Of a stretch of DNA of 64,000 bases, positions 1 through 12,346 are shown piece after piece. The notes under the pieces are model-generated. The model was not told the DNA's origin, made no database searches, and saw nothing but the letters and a program-made list of their open reading frames with translations. How positions within the stretch are numbered: position 1 is the stretch's first letter; every line of letters begins with the position of its first letter. Position numbers and translations under genes: made by a program. The DNA is from Macrostomum lignano (Eukaryota): NCBI GenBank assembly GCA_002269645.1, contig NIVC01000897.1:310001-374000 (forward strand), read 5' to 3'.

Positions 1-229
1 AAAGCCATCCAATGTGAGAATCCTGCCTACGCTGAATACGAAGGGCCTAGCTGCGTCCAGCCTAGTCTATGAGCCATAGACTATAAAGGACAAGCAAAGT
101 TTTAAAAGACCAATCGATTCTCACATCACGGTCTGCCAATGTAACGGAGCTTTTGTCTATGGTAGCAAGGCTGGCAAAGCGGCATTTAAATTGGACCAAC
201 AAGCATTCAATTTGGTCCAAACGCTCGTG

Positions 230-660
230 AGCCATTCGGCAAACCATGTACAGCCTTCTCGCAACCGTCTGCGGATTGTTGCGAACCGCTGGAATGTCAG
301 AGTCTCTACCAACAATTTTCAGTCGCTTTTCCAGAGCTCTGCTGATAGTCAAAATCTGATAACCAACTGGAACTGTTCCCTCAATTTCTGCTGCGTTTCT
401 GCAACGTCAACAAAGAATTCGTCTCAACTGCTTTGAGTAGCAGTTGGACCTGAGGCTCTCGCAACTTTCCTTGGCGATTGCCACCCTTTCGCAGGCAATC
501 TCTGCCGGCAGAGTTTCAACGCGCTGGTGGATGCTGTTAACCATCTTTTCTTTTACATTCAGCAATCTTGCAATGTCCTTGGGTGTTCACCTCTGTCGAG
601 TGCTTCGATCACAAGCCAATGGCATTCGTTCGATTGCTTAGCACATGGTCCACAATTCTG
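230..660 (-). pseudogene. Decayed Tc1/IS630-like transposase fragment (HTH and linker; no DDE seen)
   Basis: Manual minus-strand translation across frameshifts gives SNECHWLVIEALDRGEHP/KDIARLLNVKEKMVNSIHQR, RKGGNRQGKLREPQVQLLLKAVETNSLLTLQ and TISRALEKRLKI..IPAVRNNPQTVARR. These resemble Tc1/IS630 N-terminal motifs (HTH, GGNR linker, TISRAL, RN.P.T..R). Confidence 0.65.
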
Positions 661-847
661 GGGCCGATCTTGCTCCTCCGCAGCAGTTGCAAATGAAGCT
701 ATGGACCAAATTGATGCTTGTTGGACCAAATTGAATGCCGCTTTGCCAGCCTTGCTACCATAGACAAAAGTTTCATTGGATTAAATTCAATGCGCGTAGG
801 CCCAAATGGGCTGCTAAAAGCTAAATTAAGCGGCCGTCTCCGAGGCC

Positions 848-944
848 CCGAAAACCCCGGGGTTAGGACCATAGACACTGGTGCTGCTAATGTCTTGAGA
901 GCAGCAAAAGCTTTAGTCTATGGTCTCAACCCCGGGGTTTTCGG
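848..944. repeat. Inverted repeat (29-bp arms, 39-bp loop), MITE-like
   Basis: 848-876 ccgaaaaccccggggttaggaccatagac versus the reverse complement of 916-944, ccgaaaaccccggggttgagaccatagac (2 mismatches). Confidence 0.85.
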
Positions 945-1001
945 TGTTTGGAGTGACCCATCTAGGTAATATACAATCTGACTCAAGACGACTGCCCTCT
1001 T

Positions 1002-1378
1002 GTCTATGGCCCAAAAGTTTGACGTGGTGAGCAAAGACTTCATCTTTGAAGCATTCACTTAGTCCAGTTTCCTCCTTTTGGATCTTGATTTCATTCTTAT
1101 TATCGACAAGCAATTGACATAATTGTCTTGACGTTAATCCTCGTCCATCGTCCATTTTGTGATATCGACCGGTCGCTTACCTCTGTCCAAGGCTGTGCAT
1201 CTCATCACGGATCTTTGTCCCTGTTCTTGGTTGCAGACCGTCCCCCCTGCTCTTCTGGGGCCGTTTCATAGCTACTGTCGCTATCTTCAGCTTCCCAGCT
1301 CATATTGTTGCTGATTTGTAGGTTAGTGGGATGGCAAATGAAATCTTTGCTCGCCAGTCAAACTTTTGGGCCATAGAC
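1002..1378. mobile_element. MITE-like element with ~45-bp terminal inverted repeats
   Basis: 1002-1048 gtctatggcccaaaagtttgacgtggtgagcaaagacttcatctttg matches the reverse complement of 1336-1378 with few differences. Confidence 0.6.
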
Positions 1379-1700
1379 TAGGACCATAGACTAGGGCCAT
1401 AGACTAGGGCCATGGACTAGGGCCATGGACTAGAGCCATAGACTAGGGTCATAGACTAGGGTCATAGACTAGGGTCATAGACTAGGGCCATAGACTAGGG
1501 TCATAGACTAGGGTCATAGACTAGGGTCATAGACTAGGGCCATAGACTAGGGTCATAGACTAGGGCCATAGACTAGGGCCATAGACTAGGGTCATAGACT
1601 AGGGTCATAGACTAGGACCATAAACTAGGGCCATAGACGACTAGGGCCATAGACTAGGGTCATAGACTAGGGCCATAGACTAGGGGCATAGACTAGGGGC
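1371..1700. repeat. 13-bp tandem array (CCATAGACTAGGG / TCATAGACTAGGG)
   Basis: Read directly from the sequence. Confidence 0.95.
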
Positions 1701-2669
1701 AGCAGTTGTCTTGGGTGTAGCAGTCTGCCACTCTGGATTAAGTCAAATGCTGCTAAGCTCAAACTGACTGCAAAAAGCTATACTAATACTGTATATTCTG
1801 CGGATATGGCTATCTATAATTAGTTTGTGCAGCGCAATTCTATCAAACTTTTGTCGAAGTGCTCCTGTGTTCCAGTCACCATAATATTGCTATATTATTA
1901 ACAAGCTCATTTTTGTTAATTGTATTATAATGTTTCTTTACAAAAGAAATTTACTAACGTTTTGTTTTTAATTTTTCAAAGAGTTCAAATTCTCTTAGAT
2001 TTTTGTTTGTTTGCAATTGTTCGTTACAAACTTTCGACTCTATTTTTCTTTCTTGCAATGTTTCTAGATATATATTGTACTGATGTAATAAGTACTGAAT
2101 CGGATGCTTAAATAGTTCGTTTGCAACCCTACATTATTAGCCCAAGTAATAATGTTAATGTACAACTGCACTGTAGTTAAAATGGCTTTTCGTCACTATT
2201 ATATTCATGCATCAGCTACAGAGCACAGGCCGTGATAAACACAATTCATCTGTTGTAGAATTAGATGCACTGATATTTATTGTAACTTTTTTGCAATGTG
2301 CGTAGTTAATCAAATCTATTTCGAACACAATAAAAAGCGATTTGACTTCTGAATTTTTAATCCTGTAATATAGCTGGATGAGTTACTCAAATTATACCCC
2401 AGAAGTTGAGAACGCTAAAAAGATTAACTTATTTCTGTGATGCATTTTTGATTGGAAAATCTCATCATCCTTATTTTCGAATTTAGTTATTTAATAATTC
2501 AACAAAGGGGATTCTAGTGTTAATGAACTTTCATAATAGAGCCATATTTTACCTCTTATTAGTATTAAAACACATTGTTTATATGGGACACAACGTTTAA
2601 AAAGTTAATTCGATAAATAAAATATTTACCTAAAAAATTCTTGCGTTAAAGCCAGAGAGCAGAAATGGA

Positions 2670-3420
2670 AGTCTTGGGAAAGAAAGAGAGATCATTGGGA
2701 AGAAAGAGAGATCATTGGGAAGAAAGAGAGATCACTGGGAAGAAAGAGAGATCATTGGGAAGAAAGAGAGATCATTGGGAAGAAAGAGAGATCACTGGGA
2801 AGAAAGAGAGATCACTGGGAAGAAAGAGAGATCATTGGGAAGAAAGAGAGATCATTGGGAAGAAAAAGAGATCACTGGGAAGAAAGAGAGATCACTGGGA
2901 AGAAAGAGACCATGGAGAAGAAAGAGATATCATTGGGAAGAAAAAGAGACCATGGAGAAGAAAGAGAGATCACTGGGAAGAAAGAGAGATCACTGGGAAG
3001 AAAAAGAGACCATGGAGAAGAAAGAGAGATCATTGGGAAGAAAAAGATATCATTGGGAAGAAAGAGACCATGGAGAAGAAAGAGAGATCATTGGGAAGAA
3101 AGAGAGATCACTGGGAAGAAAGAGAGATCACTGGGAAGAAAGAGAGATCATTGGGAAGAAAGAGAGATCATTGGGAAGAAAAAGAGATCACTGGGAAGAA
3201 AGAGAGATCACTGGGAAGAAAGAGAGATCATTGGGAAGAAAAAGAGATCATTGGGAAGAAAAAGAGACCATGGAGAAGAAAGAGAGATCATTGGGAAGAA
3301 AAAGAGACCATGGAGAAGAAAGAGATCATTGGGAAGAAAAAGATATCATTGGGAAGAAAGAGACATCATTGGGAAGAAAGAGATATCATTGGGAAGAAAG
3401 AGACCATGGAGAAGAAAAAG
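2670..3420. repeat. 20-bp purine-rich tandem array (CATTGGGAAGAAAGAGAGAT)
   Basis: Read directly; 20-aa periodicity in the overlapping ORFs. Confidence 0.95.
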
Positions 3421-4122
3421 AGGTAACGGAGAAGAAAGAGAGATTTGGAATCTAACAAGAGACGGCTCAGAGTGGGCACAGAGGAGGAAAGCTCTGCAGA
3501 GGATAAAAAGGCCGTTGAATTGGGCCAACAGAGCTGTTCTGAACCAGTTCCCAAAAACCCTATTCGACATGCGCCCAGCCAGTAACCCGAGACCAGAGCA
3601 AGCAATTCAAACGCTAAAGCAAAGTTCTGCTTTCAATAAAATACTAGAAATTATAAACGGAGATTTTGGCTGCAATTTATTGCTCGATTTTCTATCCAGG
3701 AATTGGACTCAGAAGTTGAAGAAGTCGCTCTGCTTCCAATCATCAATCAATATTTCGGAATGATCAAGCACGTTTAATGCAAATAAGTGCCTGTATCCAG
3801 CACTTTTAATGTGTCAATTAACCATTAGAAATTGAACGTTTTGAATCCTTATTTTGCTTATTGACAAATTTAATTATTTGTCGTACGCTTATTTTATCAG
3901 CAAATTTATTTTGTTAGCTCAGCAAGAGCATTTGTTGTACAATTACGAATATAAAACTCAATATGAAAAGGTACGAAGAGCAAAACAAACAATTCAAAAC
4001 AGAGTTTTTTAGTACTTTTATTTCTCAGGTTTCTGCAAGCTGGAGCCGCACAATAACTGACCCTTCTTTAAAAATGTCCCCTCAGCTCCACTTTTAGACA
4101 TTTATGCAAGTCCCACACCCAG

Positions 4123-4340
4123 ACCCCTACTCAGCCCCACACCCAGACCCCTATCAGTCCCACAGCTAGACCCTACTCAGTCCCACACCCAGACCCCTAC
4201 TCAGTCCCACAGCTAGACCCTACTCAGTCCCACACCCAGACCCCTACTCAGTCCCACAGCTAGACCCTACTCAGTCCCACACCCAGACCCCTACTCAGTC
4301 CCACACCCAGATCCCCTCCTCAGTCCTACACCCAGACCCA
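4123..4340. repeat. 23/24-bp tandem array (CCCACACCCAGACCCCTACTCAGT)
   Basis: Read directly; lies just 3' of the PPIL6 stop codon. Confidence 0.9.
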
Positions 4341-4372
4341 CTTCCGTCCATAGCGGTCGCAGCCGGGCGCTA

Positions 4373-5841
4373 TCAATCCCGCGCCAAATTGGGAACGAAC
4401 TCGCCGCAGTCGGCCACCTGAATCTCGTCCAGCGGCCTCTCATTAACGGTCCCCACTGATTCCATCCGTTCCAGAACACCGGAGCCCTCAACAACGCGGC
4501 CGAATGCCACGAATTTGGTGTCCATCCAGCGGGAGGACTTCAGCGTGATGAAGAACTGCGAGCCGTTGGTGTGCCGCCCGCGGTTGGCCATGCCGACCAC
4601 GCCTCGGCGATCGTGCGACAGGATGAAGTTCTCGTCGTCGAATGTCTCGCCGTAGACTGACTCGCCGCCGTTGCCCTTGCCGTACCAGATGTCTGGATTA
4701 AGGATTTTAATACATTTATTATTCAATATGTTAATAAATTTTCAACCTTTTATTTTAAATGTCAAAAAACTTAAAAACTTAAAAATTATAGTAATATAAT
4801 TACTAAGTAACGCACACTATTATACTCATCTTTTTATTATATTGCGTAATTCACTTATACGAGCTACCATTGACTAAAAGTATGGAATCGATAAATGCCT
4901 ATTTTGCGCGTTGCTTTCTTATATGTCAGCTCCGATGTGTCAGCGGCCCCAATTGCAGTCACATTAATTTGGGGCTAAATTGGAATCTCGGCTTGGCTCT
5001 GCTCGTGCAATTAACGCCCTTGAGGATCAACCCCCAAAGCACAGTGAAGTGTACATGCTTAACGTTAAATAAAATTAGGGCAGCTGTACACTCCTGTGTG
5101 AGTGTGTCTGTGCGTATTACTCGACTCGGCAAAATGCCTTGAAATTCATCACTACTTGAATTAGTATCGGTGAATCATTTAAAAGATTTACTAGCGAACA
5201 ATAAATATGATGATATAGTGCAGCACACCTCCTCCCTGGATCCAGCCCTCTGACACCAGCCGGTGAAAGATGGACTTCCGGTAGCACAGGTCGAACTGCT
5301 CGACTGGATTGTGCTTGGAGACGCCGCGCTCGCCTGTGCAAAGCTGTCGGAAATTCTCGCAAGTCCTGGGCGCCACGCTCTTGAACAGCTCGATGACGAG
5401 TCGGCCGGCCGGCTCGCCTGCGATGGAGATGTCCAGGTAGACAAAGTCGTGGCCGCGTCGTTTGAACTCGTCGGCGTAGGCGTCCTCGGTGAGGGTCCGG
5501 TAGAGCGGCAGCGGCCGGAAGTCCTCGTAGCCGTAGGTCTCCATGGCCCACTGCAGCAGCCACTGGGCACTGCCGCGCAGCTGGCCGTCAAGGAAGACCG
5601 CAGCCTGATCGTCGAAGGTCCAGAATTCGCCGCCGGCCTCGCGCACAGTTTGGCGAATAAAGTCGGCCCATTCGAATTCCAGCAGCGGGGTGACGCTCAG
5701 CACCAGACGGCGCTCCGGTTGCACAAGTTTCTCCAAGTCGGCGGCGCAGTTCTTGGCCACGTGGAATTTCATTTCGGAAACCAGGCCGACAATTCGAAGG
5801 TCCAAGGCTTTACATTCGGCGCGGGATGACATTTTTTGCAT
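4373..5841 (-). CDS. PPIL6: Cyclophilin-like PPIL6 (radial-spoke cyclophilin); complement(join(4373..4692,5229..5841)), 310 aa
   Basis: N-terminal extension (LEFEWADF...WAMETYGYEDFR) followed by a cyclophilin domain (VYLDISI, PRTCENFRQLCTGE, FHRL, WIQGGD, GESVYGETFDDENF, MANRGRHTNGSQFFIT, FGRVVEG). Phase-1 GT-AG intron 4693-5228 keeps the frame. Start may be 5841 or 5832. Confidence 0.92.
4925..5135 (+). mobile_element. Dispersed SINE-like repeat, copy 1 (in PPIL6 intron)
   Basis: Shares gcagtca..ggctaaattggaatctcggcttggctctgctc..gcaattaa..cacagtgaagtgtacatgcttaacg..aaataaa..tagggc.gctgtacactcctgtgtg with 50945-51215 and 53885-54145. Confidence 0.8.
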
Positions 5842-5927
5842 AAGAGATTAAAACTTTAAACTTTCAGTTTGATTAGGCTCTATACTCAGGCTCTGCATAA
5901 ACATTGTACGAGCAAAATCTTTAACAA

Positions 5928-6186
5928 AGCATTGTCATGTATGTCCATGGTGGAGGTCAATTTGATTGATAGATATACAAGGTTTTTATTTGGAAATGTT
6001 TTACCAAATAAGCAATGTCATGTATGTCCATGGTGGAGGTCAATTTGATTGATAGATATACAAGGTTTTTATTTGGAAATGTTTTACCAAATAAGCAATG
6101 TCATGTATGTCCATGGTGGAGGTCAGTTTGATTGATAGATAGATAGATATACAAGGTTTTTACTTGGAAATGTTTTACCAAATAAG
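5928..6186. repeat. 83-bp unit repeated three times
   Basis: tgtcatgtatgtccatggtggagg recurs at 5933, 6016 and 6099. Confidence 0.9.
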
Positions 6187-7041
6187 ACATCAGCTAAGAA
6201 GTAGTAAAAAGGCTAAAAGGGCGCCAAAATGTAATAAATAGTAAGAAGTATTCTTTTGCACTAAAACCTGCAGGCACTAATTTGAATATAGTTTTGCATT
6301 TGGCCTAATTAGGAATACTCTTAGGTGCTATTTTTTGCAATAGTGCAGACTCTCTGCTGGTATATAAACAAATAAATAAATGCAAAGTTTCAATAAAAAT
6401 GCTGATGAAATGCTTATCTAGTTAAAAAGCGCTGGACGAAACAGGTTTCAAAAAGGAAATTATTATCTTTAAAATATATGCATGTAGATTTCGTATCAGT
6501 CAGAAGTTTATTAAACTAAAATATACGAGTTTCGCAAGCGCCCTGACGAATCCTGGAACAGTTTAAATTCTAAAAAAGATTTTTCGTTCAACTTAAGCCA
6601 TTCTTTCAAAGTTAATATCCTATAAAAAGTCAGAAATACTTTAGCACAAGCATTAGTTACATTACACGCATCCCTAACATAAAAATATTGGACCTTATTT
6701 TAAAAATTTGAAGCCCTTTGCTTTTATCAGCGCCCATTATAGAAAAAAATTCAGAAACTTCTACGATGTTAAAAATGGCGAAACTAACATGGGTATACAA
6801 TGAAGATATGTTAAAATTTATTAAAACTACAGAGAAGAGAGGAGTAACTAAAATTGAGCTGAAAAATTTAGATTTTTAATAAACAACGGTTCCAGTGTAG
6901 TAGTATAATATAAAAATTGTTAATTTGGGACGTGAAAATAAAAACAAGGCTTTTTTAAACACGGATAATAGACCGATAAATAAATTTTGAGTTAAATTAT
7001 AGCTTCGCCAGTGGAAAAGGCTTAAGCAATCCAAGCAAGAA

Positions 7042-9678
7042 ATGGACGGTGGTGGTGCTTATGGAGCTGGCAAAGCTCAGGGCTTTGGATATAATTTTAA
7101 TCCAATCGAATTCGTTAAACGTCCTACTTCTATCCTGCGTCTTCTTTCCTGGGTAAGATTATATTATCGTATCGAACTATATATTGCCCTATTTGAGCCT
7201 TCTCTTACAGATTTAACACAGTCAATGACATTTTTGTAGTTTTTATGTTAGTCTTGAGCGATGTTTTTAGTTTTTATTATAGGGAAAAGATGAAGCGTGG
7301 AAATTCATTCTAATAATATTTATTCCAACTGAATCTGGAGACAAAGTATTATTAAGAATATTTACATGGTATAGCTTGCAGTTGCAGGATATTCAAAATA
7401 TACATTTTTGAACTATAGCTTTATTCAACCAAAATGTTTCTCACTGAATATTAAATATTTTTATTGGTCAATATTAAACATAAAAAAATCTTTAAATTTT
7501 ACTTTTGTGTCAGTGTTGAAGGACAAAAAGATTTTACAATTCTCATTCACTCAGGCCAAGACTAATTCAGCACTATTATTAATGAAGCACTAAATAAAGA
7601 CAAATAGTTAAAAAAATACTTTCTGAAATCATGATGTTGAATGATGTTGTCAACTAGCAAATGAATCAGCAAAAGCCTATTACTTTAAACATATTGTTCA
7701 AAAAAATACTTGTTCATATGCCAATTGATAAGACTGAAGTCACTGAATATTAAGCCTGGCGCACCACCTTTGCCTGTCTATGACCATTGCAGTTCTTTGC
7801 CATCATAGTTTTTGGCTGCATCAGCTCTGGAGCCTACGTGGAGAACATCTGCATCATGATGGGGCAGAAGAACGCCTGCGGCTTTGGCGTATTCACCGGC
7901 GTGGTCGCCTTCCTAGGCTGCATGGTGTTTCTGCTCGGTGACATCCTTTTTGAGAAGCTGTCCTCTGTGCAGCACCGCAGGCTGCTTGTGATCGCCGATA
8001 TGGGCTTCTCTGGTGAGCTCGGATTGCGGTGCTTTTACTGGTTGGCATGATGGCTGGGATGCTGTGTGATGTGGGATGCTGTGTGGGGTATGGGATGCTG
8101 TGTGATGTGGGATGCTGTGTGGGGTATGGGATGCTGTGTGATGTGGGATGCTGTGTGGGGTATGGGATGCTGTGTGATGTGGGATGCTGTTTGGGGTCTC
8201 GGATGCTGTGTGTGGGTGTGGGATGCTGTTTGCGGTGTCGGATGCTGTGTGATGTGGGATGCTGTGTGGGGTATGGGATGCTGTGTGATGTGGGATGCTG
8301 TGTGGGGTATGGGATGCTGTATGATGTGGGATGCTGTGTGGGGTATGGGATGCTGTGTGATGTGGGATGCTGTTTGGGGTCTCGGATGCTGTGTGTGGGT
8401 GTGGGATGCTGTTTGCGGTGTCGGATGCTGTGTGATGTGGGATGCTGTGTGGGGTATGGGATGCTGTGTGTGGTATGGGATGCTGTGTGTGGTATGGGAT
8501 GCTGTGTGTGGTATGGGATGCTGTGTGTGGTATGGGATGCTGTGTGGGGTATGGGATGCTGTGTGTGGGTGTGGGATGCTGTGTGGGGTGTCGGATGCTG
8601 TGTGATGTGGGATGCTGTGAGGGGTATGGGATGCTGTGTGTGAGTGTGGGATGCTGTGTGATGTGGGATGCTGTGTGGGGTTTGGGATGTTGTGGGAAGT
8701 TATAATGGGACTATGTAATTAACATTACATATAATCAGTAATCAGTAACGTATCGTATATAATTTAGCTGAAATATAACCATTAACAACAATCAAACATA
8801 TTTTGCCCGTCTCACACAGCCGCGTGGACTTTTCTATACTTCGTGGCCTTCTGCTACATGGCTAACAAGTGGTCAAACACGTCCTCCCTCTGGCTGAAAA
8901 CCATCGGAGTGCAGCCCTGGCAGAGGTCCAACGTTCGGGCCAGCATCGCTTTCGCTTTTTTCTCTGTGGCCTCCATGGCCGGCCTGACTTATTTCGCGTT
9001 CCTCAAGTACCGCCAGGGCGCCGAGGGCGCCTTCGACACTGCCGACCAGGTGACCGTTTGAGATCTGTGCTGAAAGCTTTAACAAAAATCTGCTGTATTC
9101 TTAAATACACTGTATTAGCCCCACACTGGCGCCCCACTGCATCCACCATAGCAACACACTAATCTCCCTTAGCAACACACTGATCTCCCTCAGCAACACA
9201 CTGATCTCCATTAGCAGCACACTGATCTCCCTTAGCAACACACTGATCCGCCTTAGCAACACACTGATCCACCTTAGCAACACAACTGATCTCCCTCAGC
9301 AACACACTGATCTCCCTTAGCAACCCACTGATCTCCCTCAGCAACACACTGATCTCCCTTAGCAACACCCTGATCTCCCTTAGCAACACACTAAATCTCC
9401 CTCAGCAACACACTGATCTCCCTTAGCAACACACTGATCTCCCTTAGCAACACACTGATATCCCTTAGCAACAGAATAAATCTACTAGCTTTGTTTCCTC
9501 TATTCAGATTGAGAATCAGATTGGAAGTGGTCAGCAGCAGCAGCAGCAGCAGCAGGAGCAGCAACAACAACAGCCTCCATTCGCTCATGGCGGTGACTTC
9601 CAGCAGCAGCAGCAGCAGCAGCAGCACTACGGCGGAGATCTCTCAGCTGGCAGCCAGTACCAGCAGGGCGGCTATTAA
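7042..9678 (+). CDS. SYNGR: Synaptogyrin (MARVEL domain); join(7042..7152,7793..8012,8820..9049,9508..9678), ~243 aa
   Basis: MDGGGAYGAGKAQG..FVKRPTSILRLLSW / FFAIIVFGCI..ACGFGVFTGVVAFL..DMGFS / AAWTFLYFVAFCYMANKWS..RASIAFAFFS / Q-rich tail ending YQQGGY*. All three introns are GT-AG with consistent phases 0, 1, 0. Confidence 0.92.
8055..8695. repeat. 36-bp composite GT-rich tandem array (GGGATGCTGTGTG core) in synaptogyrin intron 2
   Basis: Read directly; 12-aa periodic ORFs. Confidence 0.9.
9149..9472. repeat. 21-bp tandem array (AGCAACACACTGATCTCCCTT) in synaptogyrin intron 3
   Basis: Read directly. Confidence 0.92.
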
Positions 9679-11582
9679 AAGTCCAAATAGTCAAAGAATA
9701 AAACTACATGTTAAAAGGCAAAACAGGTTATTGGGGACTGTTGTCAAGACTAACAGCATTCGAATGCAAAGGTCCAATGGGAATATAGTTGTGGGATTTT
9801 TCTGCGGTTTTTGTCATTTTTATAATAATTAGAACCCGCGAGAAATTTAGGGGGAAAGGGGGATGAACTAAGTCGATGCAGTTCCGGGTTAGACGATGGA
9901 AACAATTTTTATCCAATTTTGTCGTTAACCCCAATTTCTGGTATTTTACCGCTCTTCAAGCTTAGACAAAGGTTATTAATAATTTATTAGTTAATTGCTA
10001 GGAATTTTCGTGCTAGAAACTCGGTTTCTGTTGTCGTTCTAGTCGCTTAATTTTTTATTATTTATAAATTGGTCCCACTAGCTAGTTGCTATAATAGGCT
10101 GTGTGTCACAGTGCAGTAGCTTGCAAAGGCTCAATTATTTTATTGCTGTTGTTACTACCCTATTAGGTAACCTCAGTTCAGAATTGTGCTTAGCAAAACT
10201 TCCTGAGCAGTTAATTGTTTTAAATAAGTGAGCAACCGTTAAAACAAAACTTCTAGTTTTTTCCGGCTTGAAGACTTTGCTAAGCACAATAACAAAATGT
10301 TCCAGTGTATTAGTTCTTTCTATGTATTTTTGTTGCATTTTGCAGCCATTATTAATTGTAATAGTTTAGAATTTAGACGCTCCTAGAGGCGACGCGTGCT
10401 TTGCTAAGTTTTGCTTTTAGTTAGCATCTAAAAGTTGTTTTAACTGATTTACCGACATTTTAACTTTTCTGAGTTTTTGTTTGTACTTTTTGCGATGCAT
10501 AATATAAGCTCTTTTTGAGGCCGATTTATGAAAAATCCGAGTAGTATTTGTGTGTAGCTCGTGACTCCTAATCAAACACTGGTGTTTTATAGTGTTGTAC
10601 TCGAACTATAGCTAATCGTATTTATCAATTGTGACAATAATCCAATTTTACACATTTTACAGCTTCTTAAACACAAATTTCGTTTACTCGAACAGAAGGA
10701 CCGCTGTTGTCTGTTTCCGTTTATTGTTTTTTCTCAAGGAAACTCTGTCATTAGTTTTTAGCATTCACATAATATTTTCTGTTTATTTGTTTAACTTAAC
10801 TTTTGTTTAAAAACTATTTTTAGCATGGGAGTAACTGAGCAATCTAACATTGTCCAATAATTAATTTAACAAGTTTTTGAAAAACCAATATCGCGCCAAA
10901 ATTCAGTATTGACAATCGATTTCTTTTTTATTCGGTAACTAAAGCAAGAAATTCGTTTTGAAACTAAACAAAAACTTTTTAATAACATAATTGTGTTAAG
11001 TTTTGGCGTGATTTGATTTTGTTAAAATAAAAACTCTCACTGCGCTCCTAAAAACTACGGTTATAATAGCAAATTCGATATTCCCTAGTTTAAGTAGTCA
11101 CATACAGATATTAACTGCCTAAAAAATTATATTGAATTCAACGATTACACGCTTTTAGTGTAGTTGGTGTGGGCGAGGCAATTCAAAATGAAGTTCAGTT
11201 GAAGCCCGCCACCCAGTCTTGTCAATGCTATTGCAATATTAAACTTGTTACAAACCACCATAATCTTAACGTTATTATTATAAACAAATATACAACCACG
11301 AATTAAACACGAGTAGAAGACCGGGGCCAATTCTGAACCCTGAATTAGTAGAGCATATAACCATTATATTCCAAAGTCAGCAAATATTTTTCTTCATTTG
11401 CATTTCACTCACTTTTTACACTTAAAAAATTGCTTGTGAGCTACCATGTATTGCAATATTCTAAGTAAGCTTTCAAGCTGGCAACTGCAGTGTATTTACT
11501 GAAAACAAACATTGAATAACTAGCAATAACATACCTAAATATGTTGTTTTATGGTTAGGGGCACTGTGTTGAATAAGCTCTG

Positions 11583-12225
11583 GGGGACACTTTGGGGGAC
11601 ACTGTCTAGGGGACACTGTCTATAGGAGACACTGTCTGGGGGGACACTGTCTGAGAGTTACTGTCTGAGGGATACTGTCTGAGGGATACTGTCTGAGGAC
11701 ACTGTCTGGGGACACTGTCTGAGGGATACTGTCTGAGGGATACTGTCTGAGGGATACTGTCTGAGGACACTGTCTGGGGACACTGTCTGAGGGATACTGT
11801 CTGAGGGATACTGTCTGAGGGATACTGTCTGAGGGATACTGTTTGAGGGATACTGTCTGAGGGATACTGTCTGGGGACACTGTCTGGGGACACTGTCTGG
11901 GGACACTGTCTGGGGACACTGTCTGGGGACACTGTCTGGGGACACTGTCTGGGGACACTGTCTGGGGACACTGTCTGGGGACACTGTCTGGGGACACTGT
12001 CTGGGGACACTGTCTGGGGACACTGTCTGGGGACACTGTCTGGGGACACTGTCTGGGGACACTGTTTGAGGGATACTGTCTGAGGGATACTGTCTGAGGG
12101 ATACTGTTTGAGGGATACTGTCTGAAGAATACTGTCTGAGGGATAATGTCTGAGGGATATTGTCTGGGAGACACTGTCTGAGAATATTGTCAGGGAGACA
12201 CTGTCTAGGGACACTGTCTGGGGGA
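11583..12225. repeat. 13/14-bp tandem array (GGGGACACTGTCT / GAGGGATACTGTCT)
   Basis: Read directly; a 13-bp core is flanked by 14-bp variants. Confidence 0.92.
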
Positions 12226-12346
12226 TACTGTAAGGACAGTCTGTTTGTTTGCTGACTGTAGCGGCACTATACCGACAGATAAAATGTTATCTAATAAATA
12301 TCATCTGTATATGCTATTGCCAAAGCAGAGATACAATCATCAATCA

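Noticed and set aside
2665-3763. Long K/R/E-rich ORFs
   Set aside because: Products of the 20-bp purine-rich array.
3440-3780. Possible 3' exons of a plus-strand gene (RRLRVGTEEESSAEDKK…; acceptor atccag near 3700)
   Set aside because: No recognisable homology, the frame across the putative intron is ambiguous, and no upstream exons were found.
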